Origin: Aquificaceae bacterium
GTDB taxonomy: Bacteria > Aquificota > Aquificia > Aquificales > Aquificaceae
Assembly: GCA_037924335.1 (NCBI GenBank)
Contig: JAXSMZ010000001.1
Location: forward strand, 11,911 to 75,910
DNA: 64,000 bases
Direction: 5' to 3'
A program made the translations under genes and the position numbers. Under the pieces are notes generated by a model. It had not been told where the DNA came from. It was given only the letters and a program-made list of their open reading frames with translations, and made no database searches. Of the stretch, positions 27,725-38,038 are shown piece by piece. Numbering within the stretch: the stretch's first letter is position 1; the number at the start of each line of letters is the position of its first letter.

Positions 27725-29757
27725 AACATATAAGAAACATTAACATAAAAAGTCCTTCCTGGCTCTGGCACTTTTACCCCACTCCTGAAGGGGTCTCTCT
27801 GGTATGATAGGTAATCGTAGTACTTCTTATCAAGCAGGTTGTCTATGCCAGCAGTTAGGTTAAGCCCTTTGTAACTTCCACCAACCTTTATGTTCACTAT
27901 ACCGTATCCAGAGGTCTTCTGCTCTCTTAGGTCTCTGTCTACCCTGTCCTGAGTTGCGGAAAGGATCGTCTCTATCTCTCCAAAGTACATACTCCTATCG
28001 TACCTGAGGGCAAGCCTAGTCCTGAGGGGTGGGATCTCTGCAACCTTTGAGCTCGTTATATTCTTTTCTGGTTTTGTGTCCTTCTTAGCCTGAACATATG
28101 ACAGTCCACCAAAGAAGAAAAGGCTATCCGTCAAAGAAAACCTCGAATCTAACTCTCCACCAAAGAACTGTGCGTTTACATTCTCATAAGAACGTGCATT
28201 GCTGTTCATAACATCCATAACGTTGTTCACCTTACTCTGGTTATGAACTGTTATGTAATCCTGTACATAGCTGTAGAAAACAGTTGCCTTTGTTAACACT
28301 TTTTTTGTTGAATACTTAGCACCAATGTCTAACTCTGTGTTCCTTGAGGGTTTTAGGTTAGGGTTTCCAACCCAATCACTGCCCATACGTTTCATGGCAA
28401 AGTACCTCTCTTGCGGGTCTGGAATTCTCACCGAGTGGCCAAGGCCTGCAAAGAATTCAATCCCTTTCGTTGGCTCGTAGAAGAACTGGATATTACCAGA
28501 AGGGTATGTGTCCGTCTTTGACGTGCTCCTCGTGTTCTTGTAAGCGTAGTATAGGTCTGTGTTTGCTTTTGATGAATCTGCCTTTGTCTCTGCAGTGTCT
28601 AGCCTGATGCCTGCAACCAGCCTTGTCTTCTCAGACAGCATCCTTCTATACTCCCCATAAAGGCCAAGGCTTGTAGTATCCACATCTGGTATTACAAACT
28701 GACCTTTAATATCGCTCATCATACGCATGTAGTTCGTTGCATCCCAGTTTCTCCTGTAAGCCTCTAATCCTACTTTAAAATCCTTTACTTGGGTTTCTAA
28801 CCTTCCACCGTAGGTTTTTGTCTTTGCATCTGTAGCCATAGACCAGGGCATCATGCCTGAGCTTGTCCTGTAGCCATCATCCATCCAGTGGTCTACCTTT
28901 GTGTAATAAAATTGGAAATTCAGAGATTTCAAAAGGTCCGATATGTTATCTACATTGTAAGTGAAGTTTAACCTGTCAGTGTTATCGTATTTGGCATCCA
29001 TAGCAAGGTAAGGATATAGCACATCCTTGGCTTCTTGTCTCGTGTAAGAAAGCTCTAAGCTATGGTTTTCTAAGGGTTTTAGTCCAAACTTTGTCCAGTA
29101 AGTGTTTATCTCAAAAGCTTTCTTGTTTTGGAACTGAGGTTTGTAAAGGGGCTGTCCACTCGGACTGACCAACTCTGTGAACTTTTTACCATCTCCGTCT
29201 TTGTAAGGTTTTGAGTATTTGTAAGAGTATCCTGCAAGTCCGTAAAACTTATCATCACCATAAGAGACAACTGGTGAAAGGTTTACGAAGTTAAAAGACC
29301 CTAAGCTTGCGTTTAGCTTTAAATGAAATCCCTTTTCCGGTCTTTTGGTAATTATGTTGACAAGTCCAGCCATAGAACCTTGGTGCTTTACATCGAAGGG
29401 ACCCTTTATAATGTCAATCTTTTCAACCTCTGAAAAATCCACATGGAAGGCTGGTGGGTCCATCCTGCCAGGGCATGCTCCGTATATCCTCTCTCCATCG
29501 ATAAGAACGTTTATGTTGTCCCTGTAAAAGCCCCTTAGCACTATATCGTTGGCAATCCCACCCTTTCTTATCTTCCAGATGCCTTCAACCTTAGTTAGAG
29601 CTTCCCCCACATCCTTAGCAGAGCTTTCTCTTATCTCCCTCACGTCAAGACTCTCCTGAAGGTGCTCCCTTTTGGCTTTTACCTCGATCTCTTTGAGAAG
29701 AACCTCCTGAGCATAGCCCATAGAAACCAAAGCGCTCATCAGAACAACTAGCCTCAT
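27721..29757 (-). CDS. TonB-dependent receptor, OprC/NosA-like copper receptor
   Basis: Signal peptide, plug with ACPGRMDPP (CxxxM), HWM (HxM), Met-rich loops, C-terminal Phe. Confidence 0.85.
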   Translation of the reverse strand: MRLVVLMSALVSMGYAQEVLLKEIEVKAKREHLQESLDVREIRESSAKDVGEALTKVEGIWKIRKGGIANDIVLRGFYRDNINVLIDGERIYGACPGRMDPPAFHVDFSEVEKIDIIKGPFDVKHQGSMAGLVNIITKRPEKGFHLKLNASLGSFNFVNLSPVVSYGDDKFYGLAGYSYKYSKPYKDGDGKKFTELVSPSGQPLYKPQFQNKKAFEINTYWTKFGLKPLENHSLELSYTRQEAKDVLYPYLAMDAKYDNTDRLNFTYNVDNISDLLKSLNFQFYYTKVDHWMDDGYRTSSGMMPWSMATDAKTKTYGGRLETQVKDFKVGLEAYRRNWDATNYMRMMSDIKGQFVIPDVDTTSLGLYGEYRRMLSEKTRLVAGIRLDTAETKADSSKANTDLYYAYKNTRSTSKTDTYPSGNIQFFYEPTKGIEFFAGLGHSVRIPDPQERYFAMKRMGSDWVGNPNLKPSRNTELDIGAKYSTKKVLTKATVFYSYVQDYITVHNQSKVNNVMDVMNSNARSYENVNAQFFGGELDSRFSLTDSLFFFGGLSYVQAKKDTKPEKNITSSKVAEIPPLRTRLALRYDRSMYFGEIETILSATQDRVDRDLREQKTSGYGIVNIKVGGSYKGLNLTAGIDNLLDKKYYDYLSYQRDPFRSGVKVPEPGRTFYVNVSYMF

Positions 29758-29791
29758 AGTTTCACCTCCTTTTTATGTTCATATTAAGGTA

Positions 29792-29820
29792 ATAATAACA
29801 GAAAATATGATAAAAGTCAA
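29792..29820 (-). promoter_or_regulatory. sigma70-type promoter of the TonB receptor, with an FNR/Crp-like site over the -35
   Basis: TTGACT-17 bp-TATTAT with TGn; TTGAC-TTTT-ATCAT at 29820-29807. Confidence 0.55.
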
Positions 29821-29827
29821 GAGAAAA

Positions 29828-30550
29828 TTACCACAGACCCATGTAAACTCTTCTCACCACATCTTCGGCGAGAAGGTCTTTAACATTCCCCTCTGACACA
29901 ATGGTTCCTAAATCTAACACGTAACCCCTCTGACATAGCATGCTTGCAAGGTATATCTCCTGTTCTACTACGAGCAAGGAGACACCTTCTCTTTTACTAA
30001 CATCCTTTAGAATTTCTCCCAACCTGTCTACTACCTTTGGTGAAAGACCCAAAGATAGCTCATCTATCATGAGCAGAGATGGATCAGACATTATAGCCCT
30101 TCCTATGGATAGCATCCTCTGAAAGCCACCGGATAGCTCACCGGCCAATCTTCTCCTTACCTTTTCAAGCTCTGGAAAGAAGTGATAGACCTTTTCTAGC
30201 CTCTCTTTGAACCCCCTCCTCTTTGTGTAAGCGCCCAGTGTCAAGTTATCTTCAACGCTCATGTCCAAAAAAAGGTTTTTTGTATCACTTGCCAAAGCTA
30301 TACCAAGCTTTAGCCTCTCGTAGGAGCTCATCTCTGATACATCCTCATCGTTGAACCTTATGCTCCCCTTCCATGGACTGATCACGCCTGCTATTGTTTT
30401 TAAAAGAGTGCTCTTTCCAGAACCATTGGAACCAAAGATAACAACAGACTCTTCTCTGTGGACGGTTATGTTTATCTCATCAAGAACAGTAATATCACCG
30501 TATCCAACGCTCAGTCCATCAACCTTCAAAAGTGGGATGCCTTTCTCCAA
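29828..30550 (-). CDS. livF: branched-chain amino acid-type ABC ATPase (LivF-like)
   Basis: GSNGSGKS, LSGGFQR, DELSLGLSP, VVEQ. Confidence 0.85.
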   Translation of the reverse strand: MEKGIPLLKVDGLSVGYGDITVLDEINITVHREESVVIFGSNGSGKSTLLKTIAGVISPWKGSIRFNDEDVSEMSSYERLKLGIALASDTKNLFLDMSVEDNLTLGAYTKRRGFKERLEKVYHFFPELEKVRRRLAGELSGGFQRMLSIGRAIMSDPSLLMIDELSLGLSPKVVDRLGEILKDVSKREGVSLLVVEQEIYLASMLCQRGYVLDLGTIVSEGNVKDLLAEDVVRRVYMGLW

Positions 30551-31238
30551 GGTATGCCCTCCTTACGCCTTCGTCCTCCAACATACCCTCAATGGACCCA
30601 TCGTATATGACTCTCCCCTCGTGGAGAACTATAACCCTGTCTACCAAACCAAACATAGCTTTTAGTACATGCTCCACCATAAGGATGCTAACCCCATCCT
30701 CTCTCAAACCTCTTAGCATGTTCCACATCTCTTTTACAGATGCTGGGTTCAGTCCTGCAAAAACCTCGTCAAGCAAAAGAAGGCTCGGTTTTAGCGCCAT
30801 TGCTCTTGCCATCTCAAGCCTTTTTCTCTGAGCTAAAGAGAGTTCTCCCCCTTTTTTATCCCTTAATTCGTAGAGTCCTACCCTCTTTAAAATGTCCTCT
30901 GTGTCTGCTCCTTTTCCTGAATGGGTGCATGCCATTTGGACATTTTCCCACACGGTGAGACCTGAAAAAGGTTTAGGAATCTGAAAGGTCCTTCCTATGC
31001 CGAGCTTTGCCCTCCTGTACGGTGGTTCACTGCTTATGTCAACGTTTTTAAGGCGTATGTTTCCAGAGTCCTGCTTTGTTATTCCAGATATTATGTTTAT
31101 CAGTGTAGTTTTACCAGAGCCGTTTGGACCTATGATTCCAACAGCTTCCCCAATCCTTACGCTGAAGTTTACACTCTCCAGAACCTGATTCCCACCGTAG
31201 GATTTTCTTACGTTTATAACTTCCAACTCCTTTTCCAT
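30519..31238 (-). CDS. livG: branched-chain amino acid-type ABC ATPase (LivG-like)
   Basis: GPNGSGKT, GRTFQ, LLLDE, VEH, RAYLG. Confidence 0.85.
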   Translation of the reverse strand: MEKELEVINVRKSYGGNQVLESVNFSVRIGEAVGIIGPNGSGKTTLINIISGITKQDSGNIRLKNVDISSEPPYRRAKLGIGRTFQIPKPFSGLTVWENVQMACTHSGKGADTEDILKRVGLYELRDKKGGELSLAQRKRLEMARAMALKPSLLLLDEVFAGLNPASVKEMWNMLRGLREDGVSILMVEHVLKAMFGLVDRVIVLHEGRVIYDGSIEGMLEDEGVRRAYLGERHPTFEG

Positions 31239-32113
31239 GCAAGTCCTCTTGGGAAGAGCAGTATAAGGACAACTATGGCTAATCCTAAGAGCAAACCATG
31301 GAGTAGTAAAAATTTACTCCAGAGAAGCTCAAAGGTCATCTCAAAGATCCAAGACCAGAGAAGGGGACCAAACAAAGGTGCAGACATAGAGAGTGTTAAC
31401 ACAAAAAAGGTTTTTACTGATAGCATGGGATCAAAAAGAGTTGGAGCATCCACATAAGCGTTCCAAAAGGAGAAAACTCCCCCGAGCAGTCCAAGGAAGA
31501 AGGCCATGCTCATAAAGGCAAGGGATTTGTATGCCATGGTGTTTACTCCTACGCTTAGAGAGGTCGTCTCATCCTCCTTTATGGCTTTCATTGTAAGGCC
31601 AAAGTTTGAAATCTCAAGAAATAAGGTAAAAGTCAAAAGGGTCAAAAGTATAAAAAGGAAGGCATAGAAAGATATAAGGTTAGACTGCTGTGTCAGTTTA
31701 AAGACTATACCCTTTGTACCTCCTGTTATATCAAGGTTTTCCGCAAGCTCCATAAAAGAAAGTTGGAGTGCCAGAGTTGCTATGGCAAAGTAGTGGCTTT
31801 TTAGCCTCATGACTGCTGGAGAGACAGAAAGGGAAAGAAGAAGGGAAGAGAACCCTCCCAAAAGCAGGGATAAGAAGAAAGGATAAGAAAGGTTCGCATA
31901 AAGCACTGAGAAGACATAGGCACCAAAACCAAAAAAGGCTATACCACCAAAGGCTGGATAGCCAAGAAAATAGAAAAGCAGGTTATGGGAGTAAGAAAGG
32001 CAAGAGAGAAAAAGGGTTGAGATGATTACACGAAGCCAGTATGGACTGAGAAGGCTTGGGAGGAAAAAAAGAAGGCACAGCCCAGCTAAAAGGATTAAAT
32101 CACGCTTTTTCAT
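31214..32113 (-). CDS. livM: branched-chain amino acid-type ABC permease (LivM-like)
   Basis: RLKSHYFAIATL, TGGTKG, AIKEDE..SVGVN. Confidence 0.85.
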   Translation of the reverse strand: MKKRDLILLAGLCLLFFLPSLLSPYWLRVIISTLFLSCLSYSHNLLFYFLGYPAFGGIAFFGFGAYVFSVLYANLSYPFFLSLLLGGFSSLLLSLSVSPAVMRLKSHYFAIATLALQLSFMELAENLDITGGTKGIVFKLTQQSNLISFYAFLFILLTLLTFTLFLEISNFGLTMKAIKEDETTSLSVGVNTMAYKSLAFMSMAFFLGLLGGVFSFWNAYVDAPTLFDPMLSVKTFFVLTLSMSAPLFGPLLWSWIFEMTFELLWSKFLLLHGLLLGLAIVVLILLFPRGLAWKRSWKL

Positions 32114-32972
32114 GGTACTTTATTCCAAAAAGTCCCCTTGGTCTTACTGCAAGGAAGAGGATAAGGAGAAATAGGGACACAACATTTTTCCACTCTTCAC
32201 CCATGTAAAAGCCAGAGAAGACTTCAAATATGGAGAGAAGAAAGCTACCAAAGGCAAGCCCGCTAACGCTCCCAAGCCCGCTTATAACACATACAAGGAA
32301 GGCCTTTATTGTTAATCCTCCAGAGTCAAAGGGAGTAAAGCCCTGAAGCATGGCGTAAAAACTTCCAGAAAAAAGGGCTAAACCAGTAGCTACTCCAGTG
32401 CTAAGAGTGTAAACCCTTTTGGGATTTATTCCGCAGAGCTTTGCTCCAACAGAGTCCATGGAAACTGCCCTTATAGCCCTTCCTATCCAAGAAAGCTTTA
32501 AAAAAATGTAGAGGGTTAAAACAGAGAGAGTGGACAGGATAAAAACCAGAACCTTGTTGGCTGGCAAGAGAAGAACTCCCAAGGTTAAAGAATAGCTTTC
32601 AAAGGAAAGGCTTATTGACCTAATGTCTGCCTTGAAAAGAAGGTTAAGAAGGTTTGTTATGACTATATCAAGTCCAAAGGTCAGGACAAGTACAGTGAAA
32701 GGTTCATAGTCCATGAGCTTGTTAATAAGAAGTGTTTGGAGCAAAAGACCCAAAAGCATGCCAACGAAGAAAACCAAGGGAAGTGAAACAAAAAGGCTCA
32801 CCTCTTTATGGTAAAGAGCATAAGCCATGTAGGCTCCAGTGAGAATAAGAGAGCCGTAAGCTAAGTTTATTATGCCCGTTACACCCCACATCAGTGAAAA
32901 ACCAGCAGATAGGAGAGTGTAAAAACCGGAGAGCAAGATAGCATCCAAAATAAGCTGAAAAACTATTTCCAT
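32100..32972 (-). CDS. livH: branched-chain amino acid-type ABC permease (LivH-like)
   Basis: GFSLMWGVTGIINLAYG, GRAIRAV, RPRGLFG. Confidence 0.85.
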   Translation of the reverse strand: MEIVFQLILDAILLSGFYTLLSAGFSLMWGVTGIINLAYGSLILTGAYMAYALYHKEVSLFVSLPLVFFVGMLLGLLLQTLLINKLMDYEPFTVLVLTFGLDIVITNLLNLLFKADIRSISLSFESYSLTLGVLLLPANKVLVFILSTLSVLTLYIFLKLSWIGRAIRAVSMDSVGAKLCGINPKRVYTLSTGVATGLALFSGSFYAMLQGFTPFDSGGLTIKAFLVCVISGLGSVSGLAFGSFLLSIFEVFSGFYMGEEWKNVVSLFLLILFLAVRPRGLFGIKYHEKA

Positions 32973-34138
32973 GAGGGTTTTGGATATATGGGGCTCGATT
33001 CCCTTACTGGATAGATGGTTGTCTGCCTGCCATTCTGTATCTGGATGATAGCCATAGGTTTGGTTATGACTTTTCCAGTTGAATCAAACCCCAAAACACC
33101 GAAGAGTGTCTCCACTTTGTTTTTACTCAAAGCCTCCCTTATCTTTGAGACTTCAAGGCTTTTTGCAGTCTCTATGGCTATTTGGAAAACTAAGCCTGCG
33201 GCAACAGCACCAGCTACATGATACTCAGGTTCCACTTTAAACCTCTCTCTGTAAAGCTTTACAAACTCTTTAGTGCTTCCAAACAATGGGTCTTTGTAAT
33301 TTAAAGCTGAACTCCACTGCACTGGTCCAAATATGCCCTCCGCATCCTCTCCAAGAGACTGGACAAAGGCAGGCAATGCAGGACCAACGGTAAGCCCAAG
33401 GAACTTAGGATTTATTCTAAACTGCTTGAGCTGCTTTACCAAAAGTACAGAGTCGGCAAAATGACCAGAGCCTATGATAATATCAGGCTTCAGTAATCTG
33501 ACCTTTTGCATTAGGCTCGAAAGGTCCTTTGTCTCTTTTGGGTAACCTTCGTAAAGAACAACCTTCAGACCTTTTCTTTTGGAGTGATCTAGTGCACCGT
33601 AAGCTGCATCCTCAGAGAATATGTCCTTCTCATAAACTATAGCCACTGTCCTTAGGTTTTTATCAAGCACTGTGGCAAGCTCCACAAGGTCCTTTCCATA
33701 GTTTGGTGCTGTAGTGTAAAGCCCAAATATGTTTCTGTAGCCCTTCGTGTATATATCGCTGGAAGCACCACCAGCTTGAACCATAATGGCTCCGTACTTT
33801 TCCACTATGGGAGCTGCAGCAAAAACTTGAGCGCTTCCGTATGGTCCCAAGATCAGCTTTATTTGGTCTTGAATTATCAACCTCTCTATTAGCCTTGCAG
33901 TTGTTGTGGGATCACTCTGGTCATCGTAATAGACAATGTCAATCTTATAAAGTTTGTTCCCTACCTTTATCCCCCCCTGTGCGTTGATTTTTTCCCTCCA
34001 AAGCTCATAGCCTTGTTTCAGGAGCTGACCTTCCTTTGCGAGCTTACCCGTAAGAGAGACTGCAGCACCAAACCTTATAACATCCTGAGCGTTACAAAAA
34101 AACAGGAGAGTTAAAAGTAGAACAAGCAGTGCCCTCAT
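32963..34138 (-). CDS. branched-chain amino acid-type ABC substrate-binding protein
   Basis: Signal peptide, SLTG, INAQGGI, YYDDQSDP, LGPYGS; substrate not determinable. Confidence 0.85.
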   Translation of the reverse strand: MRALLVLLLTLLFFCNAQDVIRFGAAVSLTGKLAKEGQLLKQGYELWREKINAQGGIKVGNKLYKIDIVYYDDQSDPTTTARLIERLIIQDQIKLILGPYGSAQVFAAAPIVEKYGAIMVQAGGASSDIYTKGYRNIFGLYTTAPNYGKDLVELATVLDKNLRTVAIVYEKDIFSEDAAYGALDHSKRKGLKVVLYEGYPKETKDLSSLMQKVRLLKPDIIIGSGHFADSVLLVKQLKQFRINPKFLGLTVGPALPAFVQSLGEDAEGIFGPVQWSSALNYKDPLFGSTKEFVKLYRERFKVEPEYHVAGAVAAGLVFQIAIETAKSLEVSKIREALSKNKVETLFGVLGFDSTGKVITKPMAIIQIQNGRQTTIYPVRESSPIYPKPSWK

Positions 34139-34157
34139 ACTTTAAATTATAAGCTCT

Positions 34158-35381
34158 TTATGTTATGTTCAAAACATCGTAAAAACTAACCTTCTTTTGC
34201 TCACCAGTATGCATGTTCTTTATTGTCACATAACCGCTCACCTTTTCATCCTCACCTACTATGACGGCATAATCTGCCCTCATCCTATTTGCCAGTTCCA
34301 TCTGCTTCTTAAGCCCGTTCCTTTTGTAAGAGAGCTCCACTCTCTTGCCCTTTTCTCTTAGCTTTTTGGCAACTTCAAAAGCATAATCCATAACGTTCCC
34401 AAAGGGGATGACAAAGTAAAGGGGTTCTTCTGGTAAACTTTCCCCTACAAGCATAGAGAGCCTCTCTACACCAACTGCAAAACCCATAGCTGGTACAGAT
34501 GGTCCTCCCATATCCTCAACTAGGTAGTCGTACCTCCCTCCAGCCACGACTGCTATACCAAGCTCATGTGATACAGCCTCAAAAACCGTCTTAGTGTAGT
34601 AATCAAGCCCCCTTACTAAATTATGGTTCTCCTTGTAAGGTATGGAAAGCATGCTTAAATATTCCTTCAACGTTTGATAATGCCCTTTGCAATCGTCACA
34701 CAGAAAATCAACCATCTTTGGTGCTTCCCTTACAGCCTCCTTACAAGTCTCCACTTTACAATCAAGAACGCGCAATGGGTTTTTATCCATTCTATCTATG
34801 CAGATATCGCAGAGATGTCCAGCAACATGGTTAAGGTACTCAACGAGAGCTTCTCTGTATATGGGTCTACAGACCCTACATCCTATGGAGTTTATCTCTA
34901 TGGTAGAGTTTATACCAAGCTCTTCCAGTATGGTGTAAACTATCTGTATCATCTCCGAATCTACTACTGGGTCTATGCTTCCAAAGACTTCGGCACCTAT
35001 CTGATGGAACTGCCTGTATCTGCCTGCCTGAGGTCTTTCGTACCTGAACATGGGACCCTCATAAAAAACCTTAAGGTATGGCTTCATAGCGTACAGTTTG
35101 TTTTGTATTAAAGCTCTTACCGCTCCAGCAGTACCTTCTGGTCTCAGAGCTAACCACCTTCCCTTTCTGTCTTGGAAGGAAAACATCTCCTTCTGAACTA
35201 TGTCAGTTGCTTCCCCTATGCTCCTTTGAAACACTTCAATGTACTCAACCACTGGCAGTATGACCTCTTCAAAGTTATAGGTCTTTAAAACTCTTCTGAT
35301 GGTTTCTCCAATGTGGACGAACTTCTTTGCCTCTTTTCCAAATATGTCATGAAAACCTCTAACGCTTTGAAATTCTTCCAT
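34158..35381 (-). CDS. hisS: histidine--tRNA ligase
   Basis: LRPEGTA, FRYERPQAGRYRQF, VRGLDYY, GGRYD. Confidence 0.98.
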   Translation of the reverse strand: MEEFQSVRGFHDIFGKEAKKFVHIGETIRRVLKTYNFEEVILPVVEYIEVFQRSIGEATDIVQKEMFSFQDRKGRWLALRPEGTAGAVRALIQNKLYAMKPYLKVFYEGPMFRYERPQAGRYRQFHQIGAEVFGSIDPVVDSEMIQIVYTILEELGINSTIEINSIGCRVCRPIYREALVEYLNHVAGHLCDICIDRMDKNPLRVLDCKVETCKEAVREAPKMVDFLCDDCKGHYQTLKEYLSMLSIPYKENHNLVRGLDYYTKTVFEAVSHELGIAVVAGGRYDYLVEDMGGPSVPAMGFAVGVERLSMLVGESLPEEPLYFVIPFGNVMDYAFEVAKKLREKGKRVELSYKRNGLKKQMELANRMRADYAVIVGEDEKVSGYVTIKNMHTGEQKKVSFYDVLNIT

Positions 35382-35406
35382 AAGGGATAAAATTATAACC
35401 TTTGAT

Positions 35407-36711
35407 ATGCAAACGGTAACAGTTATAGGTGGAGGACTCGCCGGCTCAGAGGCTGCTTACAGGATAGCTAAGGAGGGCATAAAGGTCATTCTGTACGAGA
35501 TGAGGCCAAAAAGACAAAGCCCAGCACACAAAACGGATAGGCTTGCGGAGCTTGTCTGCAGCAACACCTTGGGAAGCATGGATGTAAGCACAGCCTCTGG
35601 GCTCTTAAAGATGGAGATGGAGATGCTCGGCTCTTTGGTAGTTGAGGCTGGAAGGTATGCCTACGTTCCGGCTGGTTCTGCCCTGGCGGTAGACAGAAAC
35701 ATCTTCTCTGATTACATAACTCAAAGGATAATCTCCCATCCAAACATAGAGGTTCATAGGGAGGAGGTTAAGAAAGTTCCAAGGGATGGTGTTATCATAG
35801 TTTCCTCTGGCCCCTTGACGTCTCCAGACCTTGAGATGGATATAAAGGAGCTCGTTGGCTTTGACTACCTTCACTTCTACGATGCTCTATCACCCATAGT
35901 GGAAGCAGAAAGTGTAGATTACACAAAAGGCTTTTGGGCATCAAGGTATGGAAAGGGTGAGAATGACTACTTTAACTGCGTTCTTACAGAAGAAGATTAT
36001 AGGCTATTCTATGAGGAGCTAATAAAAGCTGAGCAAGTAAAACCCAAAGACTTTGAAAAGGCTCTCTACTTCGAAGGGTGTATGCCCATAGAAGAGATGG
36101 CCTCGAGGGGTTACAAAACCTTACTCTTTGGTCCTATGAGACCAGTAGGTTTATCCAATCAAGAAGGAAAACCCTTCGCAGTCCTTCAGCTAAGAAAAGA
36201 AAACAGAGAAGGAACTCTGCTTTCTCTGGTAGGCTTTCAGACAAGAATGACCCACAGAGAGCAGAAAAGAGTCCTTAGACTGATACCTTGTCTTAGGAAT
36301 GCGGTTTTTGTAAGGCTTGGCTCCATGCACAGAAACACCTTTATACAATCCAACAGGGTTCTAACCCCTTCTCTGAACATGAGAAAGTACGAAAACATAT
36401 TCTTTGCAGGTCAGATAACGGGGGTTGAAGGGTACGTTGCTTCGGCAGCAACTGGAATACTTGCAGGTATGAACGCTTCAAGGCTGATAAAAGGGAAGAA
36501 AACAGTAGCACTGCCAAAGGAGACTATGCTTGGTTCTTTGGTGAGGTACATAACCAGCAAAGATGGGACGCTTCAACCAATGGGTCCAGTTATGGGTCTT
36601 TTGCCGCCGCTTGGCTTAAAAGTAAAAGACAAGTATGAAAGAAAGAGGCTTTTATCCGAAAGAGCCTTAAAAGCACTAAGGCTATTTCTTGAAAAGGAGA
36701 TTGATCAGTAA
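35407..36711 (+). CDS. trmFO: FAD/folate-dependent tRNA (U54) methyltransferase
   Basis: GGGLAGSEAA, ELVCSN, FEGCMPIE, GSMHRNTF, AGQITGVEGY. Confidence 0.96.
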   Translation: MQTVTVIGGGLAGSEAAYRIAKEGIKVILYEMRPKRQSPAHKTDRLAELVCSNTLGSMDVSTASGLLKMEMEMLGSLVVEAGRYAYVPAGSALAVDRNIFSDYITQRIISHPNIEVHREEVKKVPRDGVIIVSSGPLTSPDLEMDIKELVGFDYLHFYDALSPIVEAESVDYTKGFWASRYGKGENDYFNCVLTEEDYRLFYEELIKAEQVKPKDFEKALYFEGCMPIEEMASRGYKTLLFGPMRPVGLSNQEGKPFAVLQLRKENREGTLLSLVGFQTRMTHREQKRVLRLIPCLRNAVFVRLGSMHRNTFIQSNRVLTPSLNMRKYENIFFAGQITGVEGYVASAATGILAGMNASRLIKGKKTVALPKETMLGSLVRYITSKDGTLQPMGPVMGLLPPLGLKVKDKYERKRLLSERALKALRLFLEKEIDQ

Positions 36712-36903
36712 TGTAAGTATCAAACTCAAAAGTATGGAAGTGGCTATGGGAAAGTACAGAACAAAGTTATCTCTCTTTATGACTATATCTCCCGGCAGCT
36801 TTCCAATTGCAAAAGGTAGCTTTGGGAAGACCATCATCAAAAGTCCAAGAACTACCAAAATAGAGCCAGCAAGTAACAAAAGCTTACCCAACTGTTCCAT
36901 CAT
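36682..36903 (-). CDS. DUF2905-like small membrane protein
   Basis: GKLPGDI...YFPIATSI pattern between two TM helices. Confidence 0.8.
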   Translation of the reverse strand: MMEQLGKLLLLAGSILVVLGLLMMVFPKLPFAIGKLPGDIVIKRDNFVLYFPIATSILLSLILTLLINLLFKK

Positions 36904-38038
36904 AGGAATAAGCTTCCACTCTGAGCGTTGGGTCTGGTTTTTTGCCAGTTAGTATATGGATGAGCTCCTTTACTGATACTATGCCCTGTCTTTTTAGCAT
37001 GTGCCCGTTTGCGCCGCTTATAAATATACCCTCTTCGTAGTTTCCAAGCCATGCAGCACCGAGCCTATCAGCTATACAAAAACCAACCTTTTTGGCCTCC
37101 TCCCCTTTATTACAGGGTACTATGCAATTAGAAACACACCCGTTCCATCCATTGTATCCTGAAAGCAACCTTTCCACAAAGGGAGTCTTTACAACCCTCA
37201 GCGGATAACCTACGGGAGACTTAAGAAGTATTATATCCTCCTCGTTGGCATTTAGCAACGTCTCCTTGTATATGAGGGGTGCATCACACTCGTAAGTTGC
37301 TATAAACCTTGTGGCTATCTGAACCCCAGCAGCTCCTCCTCCCATGTAATACTTTATGTCCTCATAACTCCAAACACCACCGGCAACTATGACCGGTATG
37401 CTACCCCACCTTCTTGCCTCTTCGAGAACTGAGGGGAACAAGTTTTCAAGTTGGTATTCATCCATAAAACACTCTTCGTACTTAAAACCCTGATGTCCTC
37501 CAGACTTGGGACCTTCAAGGACCACAGCATCAGGAAGCCTTTTGTACTTCTTTTCCCATGACCTGCATATGAGGTTAAGAGCTCTGGCGGATGAGACTAT
37601 TGGCACAAGAGCAACGTCAGAGTCTCCCACGTACTCTGGTAGCCTCATGGGCAAGCCAGCCCCAGATATGATAAGATCAGCTCCAGCTTCCACAGCGTCA
37701 GATGCAACCCTCCCATAGTCTGTTATGGCACAGAGAATGTTAACACCTATAAGACCCTTACCCTGTGATATTCTTTTGGCTTCCTGTATGATCTTAGTGA
37801 GAGCTTCTTTGCTGTGTGTATGTATGGAACCTATGGGTCTTCCAAACTTGTCCCTCTTTACCATGTTGGGATATCTGTAACCCGTCCCAACTGAAGATAC
37901 AACTCCAACTGCTCCTTCTCTTGCAACGGCACCGGCAAGCTTCTCCCAAGATATGCCAACTCCCATACCTCCTTGGATGATAGGTACTTGAGCCCTCTTC
38001 TTTCCTAATGTTAAGCTTGGTAAAATCATACTGTTCAT
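36884..38038 (-). CDS. nitronate monooxygenase/FabK family flavoprotein, FabX-like
   Basis: PIIQGGMGVG, EGPKSGGHQG, CVSNCIVPC...FCIAD Fe-S motif. Confidence 0.85.
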   Translation of the reverse strand: MNSMILPSLTLGKKRAQVPIIQGGMGVGISWEKLAGAVAREGAVGVVSSVGTGYRYPNMVKRDKFGRPIGSIHTHSKEALTKIIQEAKRISQGKGLIGVNILCAITDYGRVASDAVEAGADLIISGAGLPMRLPEYVGDSDVALVPIVSSARALNLICRSWEKKYKRLPDAVVLEGPKSGGHQGFKYEECFMDEYQLENLFPSVLEEARRWGSIPVIVAGGVWSYEDIKYYMGGGAAGVQIATRFIATYECDAPLIYKETLLNANEEDIILLKSPVGYPLRVVKTPFVERLLSGYNGWNGCVSNCIVPCNKGEEAKKVGFCIADRLGAAWLGNYEEGIFISGANGHMLKRQGIVSVKELIHILTGKKPDPTLRVEAYSYDGTVG

